Of a stretch of 64,000 bases of DNA, positions 1 to 10,111 are shown piece after piece; within the stretch, counting starts at the first letter, position 1; each line of letters begins with the position of its first letter. The stretch is taken from the NCBI GenBank assembly GCA_964583565.1, contig CAZOVT010000002.1, positions 34,301-98,300 on the forward strand. Reading direction: 5' to 3'. The notes beneath the pieces are model-generated. The model searched no databases and was not told where the DNA came from. It saw only the letters and a list, made by a program, of their open reading frames with translations. The translations under genes and the position numbers were made by a program. The DNA comes from an uncultured Coxiellaceae bacterium (lineage in GTDB: Bacteria; Pseudomonadota; Gammaproteobacteria; DSM-16500).

Positions 1-1
1 A

Positions 2-115
2 GAAGGTGAAGATAATCTCACACCGCTGCAAATTGCGATGACATTTCATCACACTGAAGCTGAAAAATATTTACGTGAACAAGAAACAAATAGATTCACA
101 AAAACCTCACCGTAA
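2..115 (+). CDS. 3' end of a gene running in from upstream of the window; the C-terminal fragment looks like an ankyrin repeat
   Basis: Frame 2 is open from the window edge to TAA at 113-115 and translates EGEDNLTPLQIAMTFHHTEAEKYLREQETNRFTKTSP. The xLTPLxxAxxxxHxExxxxL pattern resembles an ankyrin repeat core. The fragment is very short. Confidence 0.35.
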   Translation, partial: EGEDNLTPLQIAMTFHHTEAEKYLREQETNRFTKTSP

Positions 116-179
116 TGCTTCCTATTCCTGATTCAACTGGTAAAATATCGCCAAACTAGCCATTACTGATGAAACTACC

Positions 180-3100
180 ATGCAGCAAACTGACATTTTT
201 CACCCGCCATTGCCTATTTCAGCTGAAAAATCCATAGCCTGGACGAATTTACATGGTGCAAGTGTCGGTCTCGCCATCAGCAATATCATCCACGAAACAC
301 ACCATCCAACGCTCATTATTGTTCCAGACAGCCTATATGCTGCACACCTGACCGAACAAATTGAATTTTATTTAGGCAATAGTGATAAAATACTGGTATT
401 CCCAGACTGGGAAACACTGCCATATGACCACTTTTCACCCCATCAGGATATTATTTCAGACCGACTGGCGGCACTATACAGAATGCCAGAGCTGACCTCC
501 GGGTTTATATTAACGACTGTTTCCACCCTGCTACACCGACTGGCACCAAGGCAATTTCTGGATGGTCATCATTTTCACCTCAAAAAAGGCGATACGCTTA
601 ACATCGATATTTTGCGAACACGTCTTGCCAACGCGGGCTACCACTCTGTCAGTCAGGTTCGCGAACATGGTGAATTTGCCATCCGGGGTTCTATCATTGA
701 CTTATTTCCGATGGGCAGCACCACACCATTCCGGATTGACCTGTTTGATGATGAAATTGATACCATTCGTGATTTTTCACCAGAAACACAACGCTCTGGT
801 GAAAAACTGGATGAAATTCGTTTATTACCAGCGAAAGAATTCCCCATCACTGAAGAAGCTATTGAACGGTTCAGACAGGCATGGCGGTCACGATTTCCAG
901 GCAACCCTTTAAAATGCCCAACGTATCAGGATATCAGCGATGGCATTTGCGCACCGGGAATTGAATATTACCTGCCGCTGTTTTTCGAACAAACAACCGA
1001 TCTGTTTCACTATCTCCCTTCAAATACCACCATCATGACGATCGGTGATATACAAAACAAAGCAGATGAATTCTGGCAGGAAATACAATTACGTTACAAT
1101 CAGGCAAAATACGATATTCATCGCCCTCTGCTTCCGCCTGATGATCTTTTTATATCAAAAACAGATATCACCGCGGCACTAAATAATTATGCAAGAATTT
1201 ACATTAACTACCCGTATAATTCATCCGTTGCATTTGCAACATCACCAGCACCACAACTTGAGATCAATCATAAAGCTGCGAAACCACTTGAAGCATTAGA
1301 AACATACCTGAGCAATACAAGCGGCAGAGTATTATTTTGCGCAGAAACACTGGGGCGGCGTGAAGTGTTACTGCAATTATTCAGAAGCATCTCCCTGCAT
1401 CCGGTTTATTTCACCAGCTGGCAATCATTTCTGGAAAGCAATGAACCATACGGCATTGTTGTCGCAGCACTGGAAGAAGGCTTTACCCTTAACGATACAA
1501 ACATAACCTGTCTGCCTGAAGCTCAGCTTTACGGCAAGCGTGTCATGCAGCGCAGGCTGCGTAAAAAAACCAATCAGGATCCAGATGCGATTATCCGCGA
1601 TCTCACAGAACTTCAGGTTGATGACCCTGTTGTACATATCGATCACGGTGTGGGTCGCTATCGCGGCCTGCAAACACTGGTTGTAGGTGATCAAACTGGC
1701 GAATTTCTGACACTGGAATATCAGGAAGGTGCAAAACTATACGTTCCCGTCTCATCATTACATTTAATCAGCCGCTACACAGGTATTGATCCCGAACACA
1801 CACCGATGAACCGGCTAGGAACAGACCAGTGGCAAAAATCCAAACGCAAAGCGGTTGAAAAAATACGTGATGTTGCCGCTGAATTACTTGACCTGTATGC
1901 CAAACGTGCATCACGACCCGGACTGGCCTGTCAAATCCCGGAAGATCAATATGCTGTATTTGCCGATGCCTTTCCTTTTGAAGAAACGCCCGATCAACAG
2001 CAAGCCATTGAAGCTGTCTTTTCCGATATGATATCCGGCAGACCCATGGATAGAGTCATCTGCGGCGATGTTGGATTTGGTAAAACCGAGGTAGCTCTTC
2101 GCGCCGCCTTTCTGGCGGCACTCAATGGCAAACAAGTCACGTTACTGGTGCCTACCACACTGCTTGCACAACAGCATTATCAAAATTTTCAGGACCGGTT
2201 CGCCGACTGGCCTATTCAGGTTGACATGTTATCCCGCTTTAAAACCGGCAAAGAACAAAAATCTATACTGCAGCGCATGGAAGAAGGCAAAGTAGACATT
2301 GTCATCGGTACACATAAATTATTACAAAGCGATATCAAATTCAAAGAGCTGGGTCTTGTGATTATCGATGAAGAACATCGTTTTGGTGTAAAGCAAAAAG
2401 AAAAATTAAAAGCACTGCGTTCCACTGTAGATATACTCACACTGACGGCGACACCCATTCCACGCACATTAAATATGGCGCTGTCCGGCATTCGGGATTT
2501 ATCATTGATTGCAACCCCGCCGGCAAAGCGGTTATCTGTCAATACATTCGTGCATGAATATTCAGATGGTATTATTCAGGAAGCGATACAGCGCGAATTA
2601 TTGCGCGGTGGGCAAGTGTATTTTTTACATAATGACGTATCAAGCATTACTAAAAAAGCTGAAGAGCTTGCAAAACTGGTGCCGGAAGCACGCTCTGCCG
2701 TCGCACATGGGCAGATGCATGAACGGGACCTGGAACGCGTCATGTCGGATTTTTATCATCGTCACAATAATGTACTTGTATGCTCCACCATTATTGAAAG
2801 CGGCATTGACATTCCGACCGCTAACACCATTATTATCAACCGTGCTGACAAATTTGGCCTGGCACAGCTGCATCAATTACGCGGCCGCGTCGGACGGTCG
2901 CATCATCAGGCCTATGCTTACCTGCTGACACCACCGCGTGCCAGCATTACGGATGATGCGCATAAACGTCTGGATGCCATCTCCGCATTAGATGACCTTG
3001 GCGTTGGATTTACATTAGCGACACATGACCTGGAAATTCGTGGTGCCGGTGAGCTGCTTGGTGAAGACCAGAGCGGCAATATGCACGAGATTGGCTTTAC

Positions 3101-3620
3101 GTTATATATGGATTTATTGTCGCGTGCTGTCGATGCGTTAAAAATGGGTAAAAATCCGGAAGATGAGAAACTACTTCAAGATCATCGCTCTGAAGTGGAT
3201 TTGCATTTATCTGCTTTGATTCCAGAAAACTATCTTGACGATGTGCAATTACGATTACAATTTTACAAACGTATTGCCAACGCGCAAACCGAACGCGAAC
3301 TCGATGACATTCAAGTTGAAATGATCGATCGATTTGGACTGCTTCCAGATACACTCAAAACCTTATTCGCTATTACTGAATTAAAACTTCGCGCCAGCAG
3401 CATAGGTATCATTAAAGTCGATGTTAATGAGAGCGGCGGCAAATTTGAATTCGGCGACAAACCCAATGTAAAATCTGAAATGATCATCCAGTTAATTCAG
3501 GATAAATCCGGCCGGTACCGGCTTGACGGCCCTACCCGGCTGCGGTTTACCATGCCGGCACATGATAAAGAAAATCGGGTCAAACTGGTTCAGGAAGTAC
3601 TGGAAATATTGTGCTCATAA
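180..3620 (+). CDS. mfd: Transcription-repair coupling factor Mfd
   Basis: 1146-aa ORF with the RNAP-interaction/CarD-like segment VVHIDHGVGRY, SF2 helicase Walker A GDVGFGKTEVA, a DEEH box (IIDEEHRFG) and the helicase C region QLHQLRGRVGR. Length is typical of Mfd. Confidence 0.95.
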   Translation: MQQTDIFHPPLPISAEKSIAWTNLHGASVGLAISNIIHETHHPTLIIVPDSLYAAHLTEQIEFYLGNSDKILVFPDWETLPYDHFSPHQDIISDRLAALYRMPELTSGFILTTVSTLLHRLAPRQFLDGHHFHLKKGDTLNIDILRTRLANAGYHSVSQVREHGEFAIRGSIIDLFPMGSTTPFRIDLFDDEIDTIRDFSPETQRSGEKLDEIRLLPAKEFPITEEAIERFRQAWRSRFPGNPLKCPTYQDISDGICAPGIEYYLPLFFEQTTDLFHYLPSNTTIMTIGDIQNKADEFWQEIQLRYNQAKYDIHRPLLPPDDLFISKTDITAALNNYARIYINYPYNSSVAFATSPAPQLEINHKAAKPLEALETYLSNTSGRVLFCAETLGRREVLLQLFRSISLHPVYFTSWQSFLESNEPYGIVVAALEEGFTLNDTNITCLPEAQLYGKRVMQRRLRKKTNQDPDAIIRDLTELQVDDPVVHIDHGVGRYRGLQTLVVGDQTGEFLTLEYQEGAKLYVPVSSLHLISRYTGIDPEHTPMNRLGTDQWQKSKRKAVEKIRDVAAELLDLYAKRASRPGLACQIPEDQYAVFADAFPFEETPDQQQAIEAVFSDMISGRPMDRVICGDVGFGKTEVALRAAFLAALNGKQVTLLVPTTLLAQQHYQNFQDRFADWPIQVDMLSRFKTGKEQKSILQRMEEGKVDIVIGTHKLLQSDIKFKELGLVIIDEEHRFGVKQKEKLKALRSTVDILTLTATPIPRTLNMALSGIRDLSLIATPPAKRLSVNTFVHEYSDGIIQEAIQRELLRGGQVYFLHNDVSSITKKAEELAKLVPEARSAVAHGQMHERDLERVMSDFYHRHNNVLVCSTIIESGIDIPTANTIIINRADKFGLAQLHQLRGRVGRSHHQAYAYLLTPPRASITDDAHKRLDAISALDDLGVGFTLATHDLEIRGAGELLGEDQSGNMHEIGFTLYMDLLSRAVDALKMGKNPEDEKLLQDHRSEVDLHLSALIPENYLDDVQLRLQFYKRIANAQTERELDDIQVEMIDRFGLLPDTLKTLFAITELKLRASSIGIIKVDVNESGGKFEFGDKPNVKSEMIIQLIQDKSGRYRLDGPTRLRFTMPAHDKENRVKLVQEVLEILCS

Positions 3621-3751
3621 CGATCGCAATGATCCATAAAAAATAATCGCTTGTAGAAAAATTAACTTTACTGAAAAAAAAATAGTCAGTACAATTCATA
3701 GGACTCTTATAGTCTAGTCATAAATTGTACAAGAGTATTCATGGAGGAATA

Positions 3752-5665
3752 ATGAAAACGTTAAAGAAATGGATTGTATGTCTGGGTAGTGCTTTTCTCC
3801 TTTCTCTTGTTCAATTTTCTTACGCAGACTTTGTTAATGGCGGCTTCGAAGACACATATACGCCATCTGGCGGCAATACGCACAATGAAATCACAGGGTG
3901 GACGCAAACAGGGTATATCTTTAATGGCACCGGATCATCCTCACCAACCAGTTTGGTAGATATTGATTTAGGCGCTGGCACGGAACCAGGCGGCATCTCA
4001 GACATTGTTAACGGCCCGACACAAACCATTCAGGATTATTTTTTATTTGGCGCACAGCCAACACCCACTCTTTTGCTGCCGGTTACCGCCTTACAATCTG
4101 CGATAATTAACATGCGATCTATTAACGCGCCGCTGGCAAAATCCAGCTCCGGCAATATTGCAGGCTGGACTAACCTTCAACGACAGGCAACAGCATTCAG
4201 TCAACAAATCACCGTGCAATCTTCTGATGTTGATCCACTTGATCATGTTGTTCATGTGAGATTAAAAATTGCACCCGTTATTAATGCTCCCGCTCACTCA
4301 CCTCAGGAACAGCCTTTTTTTGCTGTCCAGCTAAATAATATTACAACAGGCCGGACGGGTTCTAACCCATTATTCTTCTTATGGAATTATGCCGGTCAAG
4401 CAGGGGTTCCATGGAAATTACTGACACAGGCTGGTACTAATCCAGGCGGCAACATAGCCTACCAATACACTGATTGGCAAGCTGTCGATATTGCACCAGG
4501 TAATGCCTTTGTTCACGTTGGTGACGTTATTGAGCTTGTTGTGATTGCAGCAGGCTGCTCACAGGGCGGCCATGAGGGACATATTTATCTTGATGATGTT
4601 CATACATATATACCACCTGCTTTGTGGGTTTCTGCTGTTGGCCCTGCCAGCTCAACACCCGGAAATGACATTACTTATACCTATCATTATTTCAACGCAG
4701 GCGAAACGCCCATTGATAATGTTCAAGTCGTCGCAAATATGCCGCAACAAGGCAATCCTTCTCCCCCGCCAGCGGCAAGCACAACATTTGTTTCGGTAAC
4801 AACGCCAACAACGGGTACCTCACCATCTTGTACAGGAACAAGCCCTGTTATTTGTACGATGGGCACATTACAAGCAGGAGAGTCTGGAACATTTCAATTA
4901 ACGGTTAATATTCCAGGAGGCTGGGCAACGTCAACGGGGCCGGTTAATAATGGTAATTATCCTATCAGCGGAACGGGCATTAGTCCTTTATTAGGGCCGC
5001 TTGTTCAAACCGCATTAGTAGCACCGTCAAGCCTAAGTAATTTAGTGGTTAATGTCAGCGGCTTACCGGCTACTGGATCAATAGAATCAGCTTATTCCGG
5101 CACTTACACCTGCACTAACAGCCCTATTGTAACAGCCACGGGAAATGCACCAGGCGCAACGTGTGACATTAGCAATTTACCTGCAGGATTAAGTGTTTCG
5201 GGATGCACCATTGGCTCGCCAGGCTCACCATGGGTGCAGCCATCCACTATTCCTTCGGATGAGACAGTGACATGTACTGTCGCAGGAACGCCTACTGCAC
5301 CAGGTACGTTTGTAGCAAACGTCGTATCAGACGCCACTAACAACTCCAATTCAGTAGATAACAAAGCTAACGCGCCTATTACCATCAATGATGCAGTTGA
5401 TATACCGGCAACATTAAATGGGTCAAGCGCATTAACGCCAGTGACAGTCTGTTGTGGAAGACCTGTTATATTAGGTCCATTGCCGATACCTGGCCCCGGT
5501 CCAACCACTTATACAGTGACTGCTCACACAGGTGACCTGAGCTGCCACATTGGACAGACAGCATCTCAAACTTACTTGAAAGTATTTGGATCAACTGGTT
5601 CCTGTACGATTGTAGCCAAGAAAAATAATGTTACCTCTAACCCACTAACGGTAGTAGCCCCATGA
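3752..5665 (+). CDS. Secreted multidomain surface or adhesin-like protein: N-terminal NGGFE jelly-roll-like domain, a DUF11-type repeat domain, and Cys-paired Ig-like modules
   Basis: ATG at 3752 is preceded by GGAGG, whereas the ORF-track start at 3725 is a TTG. Sec signal peptide MKTLKKWIVCLGSAFLLSLVQFSYA|D. An ADFVNGGFED motif follows. The DUF11-like stretch is GNDITYTYHYFNAGETPIDNVQVVANMP...C...C.MGTLQAGESGTFQLTVNIP. An He_PIG-like stretch reads NLPAGLSVSGC...VAGTPTAPGTF. The protein is Thr/Ser/Gly/Pro-rich. Confidence 0.8.
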   Translation: MKTLKKWIVCLGSAFLLSLVQFSYADFVNGGFEDTYTPSGGNTHNEITGWTQTGYIFNGTGSSSPTSLVDIDLGAGTEPGGISDIVNGPTQTIQDYFLFGAQPTPTLLLPVTALQSAIINMRSINAPLAKSSSGNIAGWTNLQRQATAFSQQITVQSSDVDPLDHVVHVRLKIAPVINAPAHSPQEQPFFAVQLNNITTGRTGSNPLFFLWNYAGQAGVPWKLLTQAGTNPGGNIAYQYTDWQAVDIAPGNAFVHVGDVIELVVIAAGCSQGGHEGHIYLDDVHTYIPPALWVSAVGPASSTPGNDITYTYHYFNAGETPIDNVQVVANMPQQGNPSPPPAASTTFVSVTTPTTGTSPSCTGTSPVICTMGTLQAGESGTFQLTVNIPGGWATSTGPVNNGNYPISGTGISPLLGPLVQTALVAPSSLSNLVVNVSGLPATGSIESAYSGTYTCTNSPIVTATGNAPGATCDISNLPAGLSVSGCTIGSPGSPWVQPSTIPSDETVTCTVAGTPTAPGTFVANVVSDATNNSNSVDNKANAPITINDAVDIPATLNGSSALTPVTVCCGRPVILGPLPIPGPGPTTYTVTAHTGDLSCHIGQTASQTYLKVFGSTGSCTIVAKKNNVTSNPLTVVAP

Positions 5666-6456
5666 AGCAATTTAATTCAAGATCAATTGTAGGCAAAAGT
5701 GCAATAATAAGTATCCTTATGTTTGGTGCAGCATATGCAGATGTTCCTGCAAACAATCGTATGCAGACACCTGCTATGAATGTGAGGCAAGATATAACAC
5801 ATCTCAATGGCTGGACGGGATTTTATGGCGGCGCCAATATGGGGTATGTTTTTAATGATGCCACCCTGAAAGCACAACATGCGGGATTTAGTAACTTAAG
5901 TGGAACGTGTGACACAAGTTCAGACTATTCCAGCTTTTTCCCCGGAGCGCAATTAGGATATTCTTACCAGGCACGTAATAATATAGTGGTAGGTGTTGAA
6001 GGGAATATTACCTACAACACAAACCCGACAGCCACACTGAGTTGCAATTGCTCTCACAATGCTGGCGTTTCAGATCAGTTCTCGTTTAAAAACCACATGC
6101 AAGGTTCAATTATCGGACGACTAGGTTATGCGCTTGAAGGCCGTGCACGCAATATTCTACCTTTTATTGCAGCTGGTGTTAGTGTTGCAGATGTTAGCTT
6201 AAATTATAGAAATGAAAGTGGTGATTATTATAATAATCAAAATAGAAATCCAACTGGCTGGCTATTAGGCGCTGGTGTCGAATGGAACTTTTTAAGGAAT
6301 TGGTCACTGCGAGCACAATATGAATATGTTGATTATGGGAGAGCTATTCAACTTAATATTCCAACTATTTATACCTTATTAGATCCAAATGGCAGCGGCC
6401 ATGTTAACTTGAATACGAATACTGTTCTGGTTGCGTTGAATTACTGGGTTCAATAG
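5662..6456 (+). CDS. Small outer-membrane beta-barrel protein of the OmpA-like/Omp25-31 (OMP_b-brl) type
   Basis: The start overlaps the upstream stop as ATGA. Signal peptide ends ...ISILMFGAAYA|D. Alternating aromatic/Gly strand pattern (GFYGGANMGYVF, GAQLGYSYQ, VVGVEGNITY, GWLLGAGVEWNF, SLRAQYEYVDYG) with a terminal VLVALNYWVQ strand. Confidence 0.8.
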   Translation: MKQFNSRSIVGKSAIISILMFGAAYADVPANNRMQTPAMNVRQDITHLNGWTGFYGGANMGYVFNDATLKAQHAGFSNLSGTCDTSSDYSSFFPGAQLGYSYQARNNIVVGVEGNITYNTNPTATLSCNCSHNAGVSDQFSFKNHMQGSIIGRLGYALEGRARNILPFIAAGVSVADVSLNYRNESGDYYNNQNRNPTGWLLGAGVEWNFLRNWSLRAQYEYVDYGRAIQLNIPTIYTLLDPNGSGHVNLNTNTVLVALNYWVQ

Positions 6457-6539
6457 GGAGCGATTTAGACGAAGGGCTAGCTTCCAGACAGCTAAAAAAG
6501 TAAGATACAGCCACCAATAGCTGCGACTGGTTACTAGCC

Positions 6540-7463
6540 ATGCTGGCATCAAGCAAACGTTTATTAATTAGCTTTATCATACTGATTATTCTAGGATTTG
6601 TCTGGGGCACGGGTTACTCCATTGCACGCTTTGCCATGACCAGCGGTGTACCCCCGCTTGGGTACAGCTTCTGGCAGTCCATTGGGCCCGCTATCATCAT
6701 CGGCTTAATCACCTGCTCGCGCGGTAATATTACTAAAATAAGGGCTTCCAGTGCCCGCTTCTATCTCATCACCGGATTGACTGGCATTGTGATCCCAAAC
6801 ACAACCATGTACTTTGCTTCACCTCACCTGCCCGCCAGTATCCTTGCCATGATAGTTAACACCGTTCCTATTATCGCTTATCCAATGGCGCTGGCTGCGC
6901 GCCTTGAAAAATTCAATTGGGAACGCATGACTGGAATCGTGATCGCATTTAGCGCTCTAATGCTCATTATATTACCCAAATCCAGCTTGCCAGAACCCGG
7001 CATGGTGCCATGGGTTATATCGTCACTCATCACACCTTTGTCATTTGCGTTTTGCTCCATTTATATTACCCGTTACCGGCCTGTTAACAGTGATATCCTG
7101 ACCCTTTCGGCAGGCATGCTGTTATTCTCCAGTATGCTGCTTATTCCGCTCGTATTTTATGCTGACAGCTTTTACTGGTTCCATATGCCATTCACAACAC
7201 CTGACTGGATCATTCTGCTCGAAATTATTTTATCCAGCGTAGGCTATCTGTTATTTTTCTATTTATTAAAAATAGCAGGGCCGGTTTTTTATAGTCTGGT
7301 CGATACCGTTGTTGTATTAACGGGTTTATTCTGGGGTTACATTATCTTTGGTGAGGTATTAAATAAATGGACAGGAATAGCAGTATGCCTGATACTCGTC
7401 GCACTGCTCTTGGTGACTCGTCAACAGAGAAAAGCGGCGACGCTCAACCCATCGCGCCGATAA
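6540..7463 (+). CDS. DMT-superfamily (EamA-like) permease
   Basis: 307 aa with about 10 predicted hydrophobic helices in two similar halves, which is the typical EamA duplication. ATG start. Confidence 0.8.
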   Translation: MLASSKRLLISFIILIILGFVWGTGYSIARFAMTSGVPPLGYSFWQSIGPAIIIGLITCSRGNITKIRASSARFYLITGLTGIVIPNTTMYFASPHLPASILAMIVNTVPIIAYPMALAARLEKFNWERMTGIVIAFSALMLIILPKSSLPEPGMVPWVISSLITPLSFAFCSIYITRYRPVNSDILTLSAGMLLFSSMLLIPLVFYADSFYWFHMPFTTPDWIILLEIILSSVGYLLFFYLLKIAGPVFYSLVDTVVVLTGLFWGYIIFGEVLNKWTGIAVCLILVALLLVTRQQRKAATLNPSRR

Positions 7464-10111
7464 AAACCAGACATCAACCTTATCAAGCGCTCTTATCCAG
7501 CATTGATAATCAAACAAGCATATTGACACCTAATCGCCGTCTTTCAGCTACCCTGCATAAACGCTGCCAGACAACAAAAGCTGCTAACGGAGAAACCTGC
7601 TGGGAAACACCAGATATTTTACCGGCAATCAACTGGATAAATCGTTTATGGCAATCCTGCATTAGTCAGTCATTTGACGCATTTCCACATCTGCTCAATG
7701 CTTCGCAAAAACAAATCCTGTGGGAATCCATTTTGCGAAAATCAAAAGAAAATCCCCTGCTCTTGCAGATAACAGAAACAGCCAGCACCATTCATTCTGC
7801 ATGGAGTTTATTGAAACAGTGGCAAATCAGCCTTGATCACCCGGCACTTACTTCATCAGAAGATTATGCCAGCATGAAAAAATGGGGGGATACATTTCAA
7901 GCCATCTGCCAGCAGCGGCACTGGATAGATGATGCTTCAATCATTGATATACTAATTATATGCATTGAACAAAAAAATATTGTGTTACCGAAGCGCCTTA
8001 TATTAACCGGCTTTACAGACTATTCGCCTCAGATGACTGCGTTATTGGAAGCCTGCCAGAAACAAGGCACGCAAGTCATCTATTATGAACCACAGGCATG
8101 CGAATATCACCAGATCAGCAGATGTCAGCTAGACAATATAGAGGCTGAGTTAATTACTATCGCACGCTGGGCAAAAGCAATTCTTGATCAGCATCCAGAT
8201 GTAACCATAGGATGTGTCGTTCCAACGCTAGACGAAGTACGTGATAAAGCAGAGCAAATATTCAGCCAGATTTTCATGCCACCGGGAACAACCACTCAAT
8301 ATGAACACACTCCCTTTAATATTTCAGCCGGCAAGCCCATTGCTCATTACCCTGTTATCCAGGCTGCGTTAAATTTACTAACGCTGGTAAAACCAGCAAT
8401 CCCCATTAATACATTTAATCAAATTTTAACGACGCCATTCATCGGTGAGGCAGAACAGGAACGCGTAAAACGCGCGAAAGTAGATACCCTGTTACGCAAA
8501 GCAAACGTGATGACTGTCGAGTTAAACCAGTTTGCATTCCATCAACATTGTCCGCAGCTTGCAAAGCGCCTAACTCAATTTTTAACATTATTAAACGAAT
8601 GCAAACCCTACCAAACTCATCATGAATGGGTTTTATTTATTTCTCACGCATTAGAAACCCTGGGATGGCCGGGTGAGCGCAGTATAAACAGTGAAGAATA
8701 TCAGGCAATACAACGATGGCTTGCGTTATTAGTAGAATTCAGACAGCTTGATCAAGTATCAACGCCCATCAGCATCAGCGAAGCAATCGATAGATTAAAT
8801 CAGCTAGCCAGCAAATCCTTCTATCAACCACAAACACCCGATGCGCCGATCCAGATTCTGGGATTACTGGAAGCAGCAGCCCTGCCATTTGATTATCTAT
8901 GGGTGAGCGGTATGGATGATATCTCCTGGCCGCCAGCACCAAAACCAAACCCTTTTATTCCCAAACAGCTGCAAAGAGAGCAGCAAATGCCGCATGCAAC
9001 AGCAGAGCGTGAATTAACATTTTGTACGCGCATCATGTCACAGTTTTCTCGAACATCCGGCACACTCATCTATAGCCATGCAGCCAGAAATGAAAAGGTT
9101 GAATTACAAGCCAGCCCGTTAATTCAAACTATTCCATTAATTAATGCCAGCATGCTGCCGCTATCACCACATGAATCATTGTGGGAAAAGCTCTATCATC
9201 AGAAAGATAATGAAATAGTAATAGACATACAGGGCCCAGCGGTCACCAGCAATAAAAGCATTGGCGGTACCAGACTTATCCAGAGTCAGGCAATCTGCCC
9301 GTTCAAAGCATTTGCAGAGCATCGATTACATGCTCGTGATATTGAGACACCATTAACAGGATTGCGGCCAAAAGATCGGGGCAACATTATTCATCAAATC
9401 ATGGAATCTATCTGGTTACATTTACAGGATCAAGCATCACTTCTGGTGCTGACAGATGAAGAACTGGCAAGCCTGATACATGATACTATCACGCAAGCCT
9501 TACAATCTGAGCTTAACTCAAGATCCGCTTATCACCATTACACACAGCTTGAGCATCAGCGTTTACATAAGCTGATCTGGCAATGGATGCAGCTGGAGAA
9601 AGCGAGAAATAACTTTAAGGTGACTGCACATGAAAAACAAACAGAGATTCATCTGGATCAACTGACCTTCACGTGTAAAGTTGACCGCATTGACCAGCTG
9701 GATGATCAACGCTGCATGATTATCGACTATAAAACAGGAAAAAATAATCATTACAAATTCTGGTTTGGCGATCGGCCGGAAGAACCGCAGCTACCCATCT
9801 ATACGCTAGGCAATCCTGATATCGCCGCTGTCGCATATGCACAAATTAACACATCAGATTTAGCGTTTATTGGTATCGGTGATGAAGTAGACATAGACGG
9901 TATTTCGCCGCTCAACAAAATTAAACTGGCCGACAAAAAATCATGGGCGGAACAACTCGATGCGTGGAATACAATCCTGACACAGCTGGCTAATGATTTT
10001 GCCGCCGGCAAGGCAATGGTAGATCCAAAAGATGCCGTTAAAAGCTGTGAATATTGCAGCTTAAAACCACTATGCCGTATACACGAAGAGAATCCATCAT
10101 ATGCTGCCTGA
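7367..10111 (+). CDS. addB: AddB-like PD-(D/E)XK nuclease subunit carrying an iron-staple Cys cluster
   Basis: N-terminal LTPNRRL motif. C-terminal nuclease motif VDRIDQLDDQRCMIIDYKTGK is bracketed by Cys residues ICPFKAF ... CEYCSLKPLC (C-x2-C-x5-C). The stop overlaps the downstream helicase start. The start is uncertain: ATG 7367 has a GAGGT Shine-Dalgarno sequence but overlaps the EamA gene by about 97 nt. Confidence 0.8.
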   Translation: MDRNSSMPDTRRTALGDSSTEKSGDAQPIAPIKTRHQPYQALLSSIDNQTSILTPNRRLSATLHKRCQTTKAANGETCWETPDILPAINWINRLWQSCISQSFDAFPHLLNASQKQILWESILRKSKENPLLLQITETASTIHSAWSLLKQWQISLDHPALTSSEDYASMKKWGDTFQAICQQRHWIDDASIIDILIICIEQKNIVLPKRLILTGFTDYSPQMTALLEACQKQGTQVIYYEPQACEYHQISRCQLDNIEAELITIARWAKAILDQHPDVTIGCVVPTLDEVRDKAEQIFSQIFMPPGTTTQYEHTPFNISAGKPIAHYPVIQAALNLLTLVKPAIPINTFNQILTTPFIGEAEQERVKRAKVDTLLRKANVMTVELNQFAFHQHCPQLAKRLTQFLTLLNECKPYQTHHEWVLFISHALETLGWPGERSINSEEYQAIQRWLALLVEFRQLDQVSTPISISEAIDRLNQLASKSFYQPQTPDAPIQILGLLEAAALPFDYLWVSGMDDISWPPAPKPNPFIPKQLQREQQMPHATAERELTFCTRIMSQFSRTSGTLIYSHAARNEKVELQASPLIQTIPLINASMLPLSPHESLWEKLYHQKDNEIVIDIQGPAVTSNKSIGGTRLIQSQAICPFKAFAEHRLHARDIETPLTGLRPKDRGNIIHQIMESIWLHLQDQASLLVLTDEELASLIHDTITQALQSELNSRSAYHHYTQLEHQRLHKLIWQWMQLEKARNNFKVTAHEKQTEIHLDQLTFTCKVDRIDQLDDQRCMIIDYKTGKNNHYKFWFGDRPEEPQLPIYTLGNPDIAAVAYAQINTSDLAFIGIGDEVDIDGISPLNKIKLADKKSWAEQLDAWNTILTQLANDFAAGKAMVDPKDAVKSCEYCSLKPLCRIHEENPSYAA

